This document shows positions 11,841 through 25,423 of a DNA stretch of 64,000 nucleotides, in pieces. The notes beneath the pieces were generated by a model that was not told the origin of the DNA, did no database searches, and was given only the letters and a program-made list of their open reading frames with translations. The DNA comes from Octopus sinensis (lineage: Eukaryota), in NCBI RefSeq assembly GCF_006345805.1, contig NC_043006.1, forward strand, positions 88,536,001 to 88,600,000, written 5' to 3'. A program made the translations under genes and the position numbers. Within the stretch, counting starts at the first letter, position 1, and each line of letters begins with the position of its first letter.

Positions 11841-12084
11841 ATAGTGGACGGAATAGTATAAGAAATATCGACAATAAAGTATTGTGCAACATTATATTCA
11901 GCTTACGTCTGTCGTTAAGTTTTGAGTTCAAATTCTGATGAGATCTACTGTACTTTTCATTTTTTGTGGGGTTAATAAAATTGATACCAGTTGAACACTG
12001 GGGTTGATGTAATCGATTTACCCACCCCCGAAATTGCAGGCCTTGAGCCATAATTTGAAATCAATATTATATTCTGTTTAAGGG

Positions 12085-12260
12085 AGACGAGCTGGTAGAT
12101 TCGTTAGCACGCCGGGCAAATTGCTTAATGTTTCTTCCGTCTTCATATTTGAGTTCAAATATAGCCTAGGTCGACTTTGCCTTTCGGCGTCCATAAACTA
12201 AGCACCAAATGAACATTGGTGACCCTCGTCTTGCTGACCATGTGCCAAAATTTTAAGCCA
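12085..12260 (+). mobile_element. SINE family A, diverged
   Basis: GAGCTGGTAGATTCGTTAGCACGCCGGGC...GTCGACTTTGCC. Confidence 0.65.
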
Positions 12261-12632
12261 ATTTCATATTCTTAATTTCGAATAATCTGCTGGGTTTTTT
12301 TTTATTTCTTCTTCTTTTGGGAAATAGAAGGCGTTCGTAGGGCGCTATTCGATGAAGTTTTTCTGGGCGTGGGTCTGGGTAGAAAACGTTTTTTTTTACT
12401 GATATTCTTCAACAGTTTATATGTATACACACATACACGTACATGGGTATGTATTCATGCATGTATGTATGTATGTATGTATGTATGTATGTATGTATGT
12501 ATGTATGTATGTATGTATGTATGTATGCGTGTGTGTGTGTGTATGTATGCATGTATGTATGTGCAGATTTGTATGTTTTATGTATGTATTCTCATGCATA
12601 TAGTTGCATATCTAGACATGCTCGTATATATT

Positions 12633-13190
12633 TAAATGATAAACTTCTGGAAAGTTTTACAGATTTTTACAGTTCCAGTGATGAATTGGATCTGTAGTCT
12701 TAGAATTAGCTTTCTCTTTTCTGGTTTTGAGAAGCCTAAATTTTCAAAATTGGTATATAGGCAGTGTGTTACATATTCAAGGGCCCCAATAATTACAGGT
12801 ATAAGCTTGAAATGGTCCTCTGGACAGAATAACTGCAGATTTCTTAATTATTCAGCATTGGTATTCTCCTTATCACTGATCTTCAGTTTTATGTTAATAT
12901 CCGCTGGACAGCTGATTTCCACAACTCTGCACAGTTTCTCTTCTCTATCCCCCAAAACTTTATATCAGGTCTGTTGTGTTTAAATTTTATTGAGGTCTTC
13001 ACTTGTACATTCCAACAGTATTCCTTCTTATTATGAGTGGCTATGGCTTCTACCATATTGTGGGTTCTTATTTCTTTGTCCTTAGGATTATCCTTCCGAC
13101 GGATTTCATTATAAAATGTCCTAGCTACAACGTCGTCTCATTGGTAAATGGTATCGTGATGACACTTTCGGACAACTGCTTATCATATAG
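12633..13190 (-). mobile_element. Second-family R4/Dong-like 3' fragment (Zn knuckle plus REL endonuclease)
   Basis: ISSCPKVSSRYHLPM..DVVARTFYNEIRRK..HNRPD..VVEISCPADINIKLKI..IPVIIGAL..TGTVKICKTF; frameshifted. Confidence 0.8.
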
Positions 13191-13240
13191 GTGATAGGTA
13201 TGTACGTATGTATGCATGCATGTATACATACATTCATGCA

Positions 13241-13295
<55 letters not shown>

Positions 13296-13302
13296 TATAT
13301 AT

Positions 13303-13960
13303 AACAATGATAAATCTCAGAGCGAGTTATAAACAGTAGCGGCAACACATCGTGACGTATATTTGCCATTTAGGCTAACCCCTAAGGGTGGATGCTACTG
13401 TAGTTTGTAGCCTGGCTATAGACACACTTTCTGTGCCCTATCAAATACTGATAGTGCCCTATCAAATACTTTCTGTGCCCTTCACAAATACTGATAGGGC
13501 ACAGAAAGTGTGTCTATAGCCAGCTGGAGGAGGTGTCTTCCTGGGGCTACAAACTACAGTAGCATCCACCCTTAGGGGTTAGCCATATTCAAATGGCAAA
13601 TATACGTCCCGATGTGTTGCCGCTACTGTTTATAACTCGCTCTGAGATTTTCATTGTTTGATTTCACTTTTTCAATATCAGTGTCAATCGATACTGGAAA
13701 AAGTATATGTATTTGTGAGGGGAACTGACTTCTCGTCGACAACTATGATTGTCACACGCCGTTGATAGGTCAATACCTTGAAACTCGAGTCCGTGTGTAT
13801 CATAAGTTGAAGACGAGAAGGATGGCTTCCCTTCACAAATACTGATAGGTCACAGAAAGTGTGTCTATAGCCAGCTGGAGGAGGTGTCTTCCTGGGGCTA
13901 CAAACTACAGTAGCATCCACCCTTAGGGGTTAGCCATATTCAAATGGCAAATATACGTCA

Positions 13961-13964
<4 letters not shown>
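13303..13964. repeat. Fold-back plus direct-repeat rearrangement between (TA)n tracts
   Basis: Arms 13303-13443 / 13492-13658 inverted; 13478-13613 repeated directly at 13829-13964. Confidence 0.85.
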
Positions 13965-14002
<38 letters not shown>

Positions 14003-14452
14003 AAATAAGCAACAGGATATCAAGAGGTGAAGCAGTACGACTCCATTTAATTGACAATGCAATCATTACATCAATTTGAATGCAGGGCTATCCTCAACTA
14101 CAGAATTAAATAGAATTTTTAATCAGTTGGACACATTAATATAATTTTACTCAAATTCTCTGATAGAGCAAGAAGAGAGGAAGAGTTCATGTTGCTAAGC
14201 TTGTTAAGGTCATAGCTTGTAAAGGATTGTGGTTCATTTTTAATTCATTTGTTTTTTTATATCAACTACCAAATCTAAGGCGAGAGGACGATGTCTGTTT
14301 AGAATGGAGGGCAGGAGTGACGTGACTGTTTATAGTTGTGTATGGTCATAAATATTGTCAGGATTTTAGGATTTGTATAAATAACTGTCTATAAAGGAGG
14401 CTGGGTAGGGGAAGACCCCAAATCAAGGTGTTAATGACCAGTTAAAGGGACA

Positions 14453-14650
14453 AGACGCTAATAAAATCTATGATGTTAATACAGAGAAAATTATCATGGG
14501 GTACTATGGATGATATTCTGGTTATAATATCATTTTTAGTAATCTTAAATTTTATCTTTATACAACATAACAATATTGTTTATATACAATCATCCATAGT
14601 ACCCCATGATAATTTTCTCTGTATTAACATCATAGGTTTTATTAGCGTCT
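14453..14650. repeat. 62-bp inverted repeat (1 mismatch), 74-bp spacer
   Basis: 14453-14514 vs 14589-14650. Confidence 0.9.
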
Positions 14651-15747
14651 GCCCCTTGGTGCTTCATCTTAAGTACCTAATTAAACTGAATCTCAATCAT
14701 ATATATATATATATATACGTACACACATACGGACGTACGTACACATAAATGTAAATAGTACCGAAATCACACTTAATGACCTTTATTGATATTATTTTTA
14801 ATTATAAGAATAGTATAAATTAAAGGTTATTTGTAGAAAATAAATGCTAAACATTCATAGAGATTGCTTTCGAAGTTCAATTACTGCAATGGGTAATTAA
14901 CAATATGCCTGTAAATGTCTTACTGTTCAATCAACTATTCAGTTAGTTTGTACGTTGACGTTGTTTGAGCATACTGACGTCGCAATCTCTTTACTACTGC
15001 TTTCTCTTTAATATTTCGAATTAATTCACTCTCGAAATATGCTAATATTGGAGGGGTCCAGTCGATTAGATCGATCCCAGTACGCAACTGACACTTAATT
15101 TATAGACCACGAAAGGATGAAAAGAAAAGTCGACTTCGTGGTTAGAAAATAGTATTGAAAATATAAGAATTAACTTTACAGACAAAATAGCATAAAAAAG
15201 AAAACCAACAACTTCCGAAACAAAATACAAGATTGCAAATGAACAAAAAATGGTGGAAAACCGTTAAATATTTACTTTTGAAGTTTTCTTACGGTCAGTC
15301 GATAGCATCTGCGAATTTTCTAGTTAACGAAAAAAATATTAGGGTGAAATGTAAAGAGCGTAATCCTTAGAGTGTTTGATGATTCGTAAGACGCAAGTGT
15401 TTAACTTTATTGCTTGCATTTATCAGCAGGAATGAATATTTTAACATAATGTTTTAATATGATCATTATATGAACTATTACTTTCGCTGATATTTCATTA
15501 TCTTAAGATACTTTACGGTAAGAACACAGACGAGTGTACAACATTTACTGCAAATAATGGTTGGGTTTCATAGATGTCAAAATACGATCTGGCTGGTATA
15601 ATATTAAAGTTCCTTCTATATCATCAAACATAATTTGGACGCAGCTGGTTTTCTTTTACAAAGGGAGCCGGGGTGGGGGCTTAAACTTAGAATCTTGAGA
15701 AATATCATACGGTATCAGAATCTGAGGGTTTCGAGGTGAATCTTTAC

Positions 15748-15870
15748 CTTGAGGCGCGACCTGCATCGTTACTTCCTCCAGATGAAATCGGCCTGAGACC
15801 CGAGCGACGCCGTCCGACAGTTGGAGTACCACAAGTTGACACACAAGTGTATCACAAGTACCATCGCTCT
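15748..15870 (-). CDS. Candidate internal exon of an unidentified host gene (phase 1-1, 123 nt)
   Basis: CpG-rich island; TTTCAG acceptor, AAG|GTAAAG donor, open frame SDGTCDTLVCQLVVLQLSDGVARVSGRFHLEEVTMQVAPQ. A plus-strand exon reading (CTTCCTCCAG|..EIGLRPERRRPTVG) is also possible. Confidence 0.4.
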
Positions 15871-16129
15871 CTGAAAGATATCTTTTTAAATGTACGACAT
15901 TGCAAATGTACGTGTTTTAGTGTTTTTGCCAGCAGTTAATGAATGTTATCGAAAAATAAGAAGGTGCAGCACTAAACAGATTTGAAGATCATTCCATATT
16001 ATTGGTGCAGTTCTGAGATCAAATTCCTCCGAGTTCGACTTTGCCTTTCATCCTTTCAGGCTCGATAAATTAAGTACCAGTTGCGTACTTGGTCGATCTA
16101 ATCGACTGGAAAAATAATAAAAGTGGCCT

Positions 16130-16270
16130 GGAAGAAATTACAGAGAAATCTATGACAGTCATTTGGAACACGCTCTGGCGTCAATTTATTGACAATTTTA
16201 AGAAATCTGAAGAACCAGTCCGGATTGTTCAAAAGGAAACGGAATCTATTGTTGATGCTGCTATTTAGTT
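16130..16270 (+). mobile_element. Possible Tigger/pogo transposase C-terminal remnant
   Basis: IKVAW-EITEKSMTVIWNTLWRQFIDNFKK across one frameshift. Confidence 0.4.
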
Positions 16271-17304
16271 GCGCATTGATGTTTCTACGAATTACATAAA
16301 CGGTCTGTTTTAGTCAAACAACCAACTGCTCACAAAACAAAACCTCATTTCAATGGAAGAACATAATGAAAATTAAGCATATCTAATAAGGGATATCACT
16401 ATATATTCTTCAAGTCATAAAGATTTACACAAAGCTTTTACATGCATTCAAATAGGGATTTATATGTTTCGTGCCCCAAGCTTCGAATATAAGTGAAATA
16501 GAAAAGTCACTGGAACTGTAATTAATCTCACGTGTAGCTTCATTAAAAATTGTAGAGAAAATTAATTTATAAAGGAAGTCTTTGCACATTATAAAGTAAA
16601 AGAGACTCCTTCTATTTCAAGTGAGCCAAATCGAGCAACAAAGCAACGTCGACATAGCAAAATCAACTGACCTAGCAGAATCGAATAACTAAAACGAGTG
16701 TCGTCTGAGTGTTTATTATTTGTAAGTGATTTATTAAATAGGTATGACGTTTGAAATTATAATGGTTATATCTAAATTGTTATTTTAATCGCACATTTAA
16801 CATTTCTAAAATGTCTTTCTGTCAAGTCTTATCAATGAAAATGTAATTGCTATTTATAACATTATTTTTATGAATTAGCATCTCGCTAATATAGAGCAAA
16901 TAGCGACAAAGGTCATTCGAAGCCACTTGAGTTTCTTCGTGTAATTTGCATATCACTCTTGGTATTTGTCTTTATATTTCCTTCACATTTCACACATCCC
17001 ACAGCAACCTTCACTAACCTCACTTGTACATTCATTCAATCCCTTGAGTGCATTGATTGCCACGAACCACGAATTTCAAAATAGCTGAAATAGCTGTCCT
17101 AACTTCCACGCTCCCAACTGCACAGACAACTTCGTAAAGTTGTACACACAATTTAGCAAGGCTACCACATATATTGTGAATAATATTGCATCTTCTGACA
17201 ACGACATCTTTACAAAACATACAAAACAATCCATTCATATATATATAGACTTACACACACACATATATATATATACATGCATTTATGTATATATATATTT
17301 TTAT

Positions 17305-17518
17305 TCTTTTACTTGTTTCAGTCATTTGAGTGCGGCCATGCTGGAATGTCACCTTGAAAGGTTTTTAGTCGAACAAATCGACTCCAGAGCAAATTTTTCA
17401 AGACTAATACTTATTTTCTCGGTCTCTTTTGCCGAAACGCTTAGTTGCGGGGACCTAAACACAGCAACACCGGTTGTCAAGCGGTGATGGAGAAACAAAC
17501 ACAAACACATACACATAG

Positions 17519-17606
<88 letters not shown>

Positions 17607-17770
17607 GATGGGCTTCTTTCAGTTTTCGCCTACAAAATCCACTCACAAGATTTGGTCGCCCAGAGGCTATAGAAAAAGAAACTTGTCCGAGGTACCACGC
17701 AGTGGTACTAAAGCCACAACTATGTGGTTGGGAAGCAAGCTTGCTGCTACACAGCCTCGCCTGCGCCTGT
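17305..17770 (-). mobile_element. SINE family B
   Basis: Reverse complement of the 11432-11840 family. Confidence 0.75.
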
Positions 17771-17984
17771 ATGTATATATTATATGTGTGTGTGTTTATG
17801 TCCATATGTGTGTGTATATATTTGTCTGTATATACATATATTTGTCTGTATATATATATATATATATAATATAAATATATATATATTTATATTTATATGT
17901 ATATATTTATATATACATATACGTATATGTATATGTGTGTGTATATGTATGTGTATATATATATATATATATTATATACATACA

Positions 17985-18360
17985 GTGGAGGCGCAATGGT
18001 TAGGGCAGCGGACTCGCGGTCATAGGATCGCGGCTTCGATTCCCAGACCGGTCGTTGTGAGTGTTTATTGAGCGAAAACACCTAAAGCTCCACGAGGCTC
18101 CGGCAGGGGATGGTGGTGATCCCTGCTGTACTCTTTCACCACAACTTTCTCTCACTCTTACTTCCTGTTTCTGTTGTACCTTGTATTTCAAAGGGCCGGC
18201 CTTGTCACTCTCTGTGTCACGCTGAATATCCCCGAGAACTACGTTAAGGGTACACGTGTCTGTGGAGTGCTCAGCCACTTACACGTTAATTTCACGAGCA
18301 GGCTGTTCCGTTGATTTGGATCAACCGGAACCCTCGTCGTCGTAACAGACGGAGTGCTTT
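17985..18360 (+). mobile_element. tRNA-derived SINE family C (OR-type, tentative)
   Basis: Nearly identical to 30000-30388; 8-nt deletion in the A box. Confidence 0.85.
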
Positions 18361-18429
18361 CATATACATACATTTATGCGTATATAAATGTATACATACA
18401 TATATATACACCTATATACTTGTTTCATG

Positions 18430-18640
18430 GACGTCTGCTAGAGGAACGTGAACTTAATAGATCAGGCCGTCTTGAGATGAGAAGAGGTCACAGATGGTCG
18501 CCGACGCTGAAGACAAATACTAAACAACCGAATTTGCAGTCGATGAAAACGCAGTGGCGCCGGTAGAGAGCATCTTCAAATGCAGTCACTGCATGCAGGA
18601 CTGCTACTCCTATATGGACTTGTTAGACTACAGCAGACAC
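18430..18640 (+). mobile_element. RTE-type LINE 3' remnant
   Basis: FKCSHCMQDCYSYMDL resembles the RTE C-terminal Cys motif. Confidence 0.45.
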
Positions 18641-18949
18641 TTTTACTGTTTAGGAAATCAGCGTATAATTTCTACGATAGTCTTATAAACTGACAAGGTT
18701 AGTTGAGTTTAGCCCCAGGCGCTAGGTGAGAGTCACTGAACGAGCATTAATATAAATGCGAAATCATTGTGATCAAGTTATGCCTAGCCGCTGAGAGAAC
18801 TTGCCTCCCTTGTCAGTCATTAAGATAAGGTGCTTCTTTTGGCTATGAATTTCTTTGACACTTATTTCTTAGCAAATACTGGTACTTGGTCACTTTAGTG
18901 ACGTATATATTTCTGCCTTTCTGTTGTAAAATTACGAACAAGCCACGCT

Positions 18950-19800
18950 TATATAATTTTTTATTTTTATTTTTATCTAGTAACAGAAAGGAGGAATTTC
19001 GATTATCCCCACGGGGTGAATTGTAATGTATATAAGAAATTTAAAAAAGGAAAATACCCACTCTTTACATAGTTTTAATATAATTTTTAATATATCGACC
19101 GGTTTCGCTATCGCTATTCATGATATTATGTTTTACTTATTTGAATATGTATTTTCTTAAGAAGAAATTTTGTCTGTGTGTGACTTCACAAATAAAAAAT
19201 ACGGGGAGGTAATTGGTTATCGTTATTACTGTTATTGTTGTGAGTAAAGGACATAACTGTTCAGCTTTCGGTAATGGAAGAGGAATATATATGTACAGAC
19301 AAAAACAGGTTTCGAAAAACTTGCTTAGTGAGGGGATTTATGTCCAGTGATGTAATCATGAATTGAAATATGTAGAAAGATAAAAGTTGGTTATTTCAAT
19401 TCACGATTACATCACTGTTTAGAATCTGTTTGTTTGTAGTGAATACCTGCTTCAATGTTTTATTTGTTTTGATAATTAGTATATCCGGGAATGGTAGTTG
19501 AGTTTTACTGTATTCCACGGCAAAGTTAATATTATTGTTTATGCTTGTTGATTAGATTTTTGAAATCTATAAGTTGTTCAAATATGTATGTCAAAAGAAT
19601 AAGGCAGTCATCTAAGTAGAGTTTTCTGCGAAGCAAACACTATTCAAAACATATACTAATTTGAGCCAGGGTTCTCACTATAAACATAGTGCAGGCTTCA
19701 AACACTAGACAGGAGAAAGACAGCCGCAACATAAACCACGGCTTTCTATTTGAACTTTTTGAAAACCAATGTAAGCTGTGAAACATGTTAAAGCTTTAAA
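18950..19800 (-). mobile_element. Decayed PLE-like remnant with a broken hammerhead and an internal hairpin
   Basis: Minus ATC-ATGAATAGCGATAGCGAAACCGGTCGATAT at about 19084-19120; 26-bp inverted repeat 19345-19417. Confidence 0.45.
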
Positions 19801-19909
19801 TATATTTTTTTAAATATTCTATTCTCAGTGCATTTTCAACTTCCATTTTTCCTATAGTTCTACTTGTGTGGAAGAAAATAACTTTGTTATTTATATATAT
19901 ATATACACG

Positions 19910-20036
<127 letters not shown>

Positions 20037-20328
20037 CGTGTGTGTGTGTGTGTGGTGTGTGTGTGTATGCGACTCTCTCTACTCTGCATTCTAAAATTTT
20101 ATTTCAGAATTTATGGGAGCAACTGTCTTTGAAGAATCATATTGTTGAATGCTCTAAATGAGGAGTAGATAGACAGCCGACAACTGATGAAGTGTTGTTT
20201 TTCTGTGTTTACTTGTCCTGATTTTCATTTTTTCTCTCGTTGTTTACGTATTTAACTTGTTTGTCTACGTATTTCATGTTGTTTACACAGTTGGTGACGT
20301 CCTGTACCCATATATGCATATATAAACA

Positions 20329-20395
<67 letters not shown>

Positions 20396-20776
20396 GTATG
20401 TGTATATATATACATATATATATATATGTGTGTGTATGTATATATGCATACATATATATGTATATAAATATGTATGTATATGCATACATATAAATATATA
20501 TATATATGTCCATATGTGTGTGTGTATGTGCGTGTGTGTGTGTAAGCGAAGAAGCCAGCCGTAACAGAATTTGGATGAAGAAGAAGGCAAATAGAAAGTG
20601 CTTCAAGATGTGAATGATTGTGGATAGTGACAGCTATGTCTGTTGTAATGACGGTGATGATGAAGGCAATGCTGCTGCTGATGATGATGGTGATGACTAC
20701 AGTGATAATTATACTAATAATAACATCTACAAGACTAATAAAATATTATTTTGTCTAGTTCTTGTTGTTGCAGTTA

Positions 20777-20840
<64 letters not shown>

Positions 20841-21285
20841 CATTATTATTATTATCATCATCATCATCATCATCATAGCTATCATCATTATAATTTACAT
20901 CATCAACACAAATAACATAAATTGAGAATAAGAACCTAACCTTCACATTGCATGATAATACATGTCCTTATATACTTAATAAACATATTCCTGTCAAAAA
21001 TAATTATATGTTTTTTGAAATTTTCTTCAATAATATCCATCATTGAAACCCAATTTTATTAAGATGTATTCTCCAGTGTATTTATAGCTCCATACATAAA
21101 GAGCCAGATATAGTACTTTAATTTTGAACTTTTGGAAATATAATGCCAATTAACAACGGAAAGAAGACTATGAATTGAGGTAGCTTCAATTCTATTGCAG
21201 ATACTCTTTGATAATGCCATGTTTTCTTTGTATAGTTTCATCCAAATAGTAACTGGTTTCATGATTGTGTGTGTATGTGTGTGTA

Positions 21286-21329
<44 letters not shown>

Positions 21330-21522
21330 GAGAGAGAATTTGTGTGTGTCTGTATCTGTATATGTTTTTACGCAGCTATAAGTGGTTTAACTGTTATTTC
21401 TAGCATGCAGTATATGTGCTTCTAGCACGTATCTTTGCAATTAGTGATGACTAAACTTTTCCTATACGGTTTATAATGTGCCCAGCAGCCCACATTAATT
21501 TTATATTATATTATATATATAT

Positions 21523-21555
<33 letters not shown>

Positions 21556-21788
21556 GGATCTACAACTTCAATATTCCTATACATCTTGCATCTATTTTCT
21601 TTCCTTCATCTCGCTCTCTATTTTGTATCACATCTAAACTAACTACGACTTAACCATCCTCTCACACCATCTCTGATGAAGGGATATAATTAATAAATAT
21701 CCTGGAAACAGCTGTAAGACCTTCTATGTATAAATGTTCTAATATCTACACACACTTGGTTTTTTATCTCATTACGCAAAAAATTCTT
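21556..21788 (+). mobile_element. Solo PLE pseudo-LTR between (TA)n tracts
   Basis: Contains a hammerhead motif; TA repeats on both sides. Confidence 0.65.
21670..21719 (+). ncRNA. Minimal type I hammerhead ribozyme
   Basis: CTGATGA 21673-21679; stem II GGGATAT/ATATCCT; GAAA 21705-21708; palindrome ACAGCTGT; GTA 21714-21716; stem I TCT/AGA. Confidence 0.78.
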
Positions 21789-22152
21789 ATATATATATAT
21801 ATACATATACATACATACATGCATAAAAACATTTATAATGATATATGCATACACCATACACACACACACGCGCGCGCATAGACACATACGTTGTTGACAT
21901 CATAACATTTTAAAGACTTCGAGCGTATATTAAATAACTATCTTTGGAACATTACATCTCGAAGTAGATAGGCCAGAAATAACAACATGACATGATCTAT
22001 GTTGAACCTCACCATTCCACTCAATACTAGTTAAACATGACACAATTCTTTGGTTTGATTGGAATTACACAATTATTGCAGAGCTAATTTTGACTTCCAG
22101 GTGTATTTTCAAATTTATCGTTTCTGATTTCAGCATGATAAACAGACTTTAC

Positions 22153-22330
22153 ACACCACGTGAAACACACATCCCTATTGTATTTTGATTCAATGACTAT
22201 GTCAGAATCGGTTAAAGTTCCGGTGCTAGAGTTTCGCTGATAGTTTTTCGTGTCTAAGTAGTTGCGAAAAGACACAGAGACTCCGCAGAGCCGCTCAAAC
22301 GTGACCCAGAGAAACATAGAGACGCGACAG
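22153..22330 (-). CDS. Candidate exon (phase 2-0; alternatively terminal to the stop at 22084)
   Basis: Pyrimidine-rich acceptor TTCCCGTCTACTCAG; open frame CRVSMFLWVTFERLCG...DVCFTWC; GTAAAG donor. Confidence 0.3.
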
Positions 22331-24168
22331 CTGAGTAGACGGGAATAATGTAAAGTGATTCCTTACTTAAGGAATGAAAACCCCCACCTTAAAATCATCG
22401 CCTCAACAACCTGCCCACTGAGCCTTCACACTACTTGAAAGAGCAGGTGTTGGAGTAGAAGGTGATAAAGTAGACAGTGAATCCATTCTGTTATAAAATA
22501 ACATTTAAGCTAATTTAGATAACTTACAATCTCGAATGCAAGACAGAAGATACGAGGAAATCATCAGCCACGAGAATTGAATTACGCATTTATATTAAAT
22601 CAGACAATAGTGTTAATCATTATATTAAAGCTTACCCACAATGCTTCGCCTACGTTACTCAGTACTTATAAGATGTTACTATATAAGCTACTGATCTGTC
22701 TACGTCTTTCCACATCCGATGTTTTTTATGATTATTTAACATTTAAGCTGTTATATATCAGTAAACATAGTTTCTATTTGTGAGGTTCTTCATAGCATAG
22801 ATGCAACTTCCAGCTTACTGTAATAATAGTAGATGATGATAATAGAAGCAGTTGCGATCTTTGGCTATATGATAAGCCTTAAATTAAATTCAGCACTTAA
22901 CCAAGTTGTTGTGTTGATTTGTAAACTATATAACTTGATTTCATCAACCGTTATTTTAAAACTAAATATTTTTTAATACTTTCTTGGGCTAGTTGGTAGA
23001 TTGTAGCATTTCTAATATTGATTTATATTTGTCGAACTGTAACTTCCTAATCGGTGAGGATCATATGGGTTTATTTACAGATCATACGTACTTGGGTCCG
23101 TTACGAACCCTAGGACTCAAAACCGGAGTTTAATTGGCTTTATGAGTCCTCACCCAGAACAGAACACCGGTCCGTCGCAGGATTAACTTCCTAACTATCG
23201 CTGAAAGTCATTTGGTTCTGTGTGAACTGGAGAAACGTGAAATAATGTATTTTGCTCAAGAGCTCAGTACACTGTTCGTCCCGGGAATCGAAACTGTAAT
23301 CGTAAGAGCAACACTTTGACCATTAGGCCATGCACCTTCACTTTACAGACTTTACAACAACAAAAAATGCAAATATTGTCTCCCATCATTATATTACTAT
23401 TCAGAATTTTAAATTAGTCTTTTTCTCGCAATGTTAATACAAACTACTTTATGACTAATACTAAGTCGTCTTAATCTTACTCTAGATTTAATCAGCCTCT
23501 CCATAATCCAAAATCGTAAAATTAATATTAAAATTAGGTAGCTTTGTAAAATAGTTTTATCAGTTTATCTCCTTTAAACACTCTTAATAAATCATTTATC
23601 TTTTCTATCACTAAAACATCGTATTTATTAATTGTAAAATAATAATTTTCTTCTCCTTTAGCTAAATTGTTCTCTGTTGCAGTTCCTCGAAATATTATTT
23701 AAGTTTAAACGCTACAATAGTAGATGAAGGTGCATGAGTTTAGTGGTTAGGCTGTATGGCTCATGATCACAAGATCGTGGATTCAATTCCGAGATCGGGC
23801 GAGGTATAGTGTTTCTTAGCAAGAGACATCATTTCACGTGGCTACAGTCTACACAGTTGTAAATGAATATACCCCGGTGCTGTTGAATCTCTCCACACTG
23901 CTATCACATCCTAGATGTACCACTGGAATATGGATTAGGTGTCGACATAGTTATTAGTCTGTTCGAAACTACAGAAGTAATTAGCAAACCCATGATAATT
24001 GTTACCATACATACTTGCTCACTCATGACGAGTAACTGAACTTTCATGACAACAAACTATGATTCAAAGCGTCAAATATTTAGTATCATATTTATTTATT
24101 GTTATATCTTCCAACCGTTAGAACAATACACGTTAACTTATGCATCTTAAAATCTCCCTTTTTCTCAC

Positions 24169-24287
24169 CCACGAGACATCACACCACCAAGATTAGCGTA
24201 AAATATTTTGAAAAACATTGCCGAAGAAATGAAGAAAGTAAACACCGTGAAGAAAAAGCTGCCAATTCCAACGAAAGTCTCCCAAAT
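24169..24287 (-). CDS. Candidate exon (phase 0-2); strand ambiguous
   Basis: TTTGACAG acceptor, GG|GTGAGA donor, IWETFVGIGSFFFTVFTFFISSAMFFKIFYANLGGVMSR. The antisense frame (LKNIAEEMKKVNTVKKKL) is also open. Confidence 0.3.
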
Positions 24288-24887
24288 CTGTCAAATGTAC
24301 ATGTATGGAAAATTATGCTTCGCAAAATTGGTATGCGTATGTAAAGATCTCTGAATATATACGCATGGGCAAATATATATACATATATATATGTGTGTGT
24401 GTGTGTTCATGTATGCATATATGTATGCGTGTGTATATATATATATATGTACACACACACACACATATAACTATAGAAAATTATATTTGAATTATCGGGA
24501 TTTATCAGCATCTGTAAGATTACATTATAATAAGTCTGCTAATTTGTGCATTATGTCTATTAAATATTCGTAAAGAAAATGTGTTTCCACAAAGATGCTC
24601 AGTTTATCTACTGCTAATGCTAAATCAAATTCTCAAAAGGCTTTTAAACGCTCAAAACTTCAATTTAAGCGTTTGATTTGTCGAATGATTTATGGTCAAC
24701 TTTTATATATGCAAAAATAATCAAAATACATTTGACGTTGTCTGCGCTATTTTCTGACAAGCTCAATAATTCTTCTTAAAATTTACCTCGTCTCGCCGAC
24801 GATTACTCTATTGTAATGTATGAAAACCACGCACAAACACACATGCATTTGTGTATACATACATACATACATACATACATACATACA

Positions 24888-24918
<31 letters not shown>

Positions 24919-25229
24919 GTGAGTGTGTGTGTGTGTGTATATGTATGCATTTATTTGTGTGACTGTGTTCATCCGCCCACCATCGCGTGACAACCGATGC
25001 TGGTGTGTTTATGTCTCCGTAACTTAGAGGTTCGGAAAAAGAGACCGATAGAATAAGAACTTGACTAACAAGGAATAAGTCCTGGGGGCGATTTGTTCGA
25101 CAAAGGCGGTGCTCCAGCATGGCCGCAGAATATATATGTAGAAATTTATTGTGTGTGTTTACACATATATATTGAATATATACATATATATATATGCATA
25201 TATATATATATAATATATATATATATATC

Positions 25230-25263
<34 letters not shown>

Positions 25264-25294
25264 ATATAATATATATATAATATATATATATGCA

Positions 25295-25327
<33 letters not shown>

Positions 25328-25423
25328 GATTGATTGATTGATTGATTGATTGATTCTAGTTTCAGCTTATGAGCTGTGGCCATGCTGGGGCACCGCCATT
25401 TGGTGTTGCTACTTGGTTTCACT

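Noticed and set aside
20184-20190. CTGATGA hammerhead-like core
   Set aside because: No stem II or downstream GAAA
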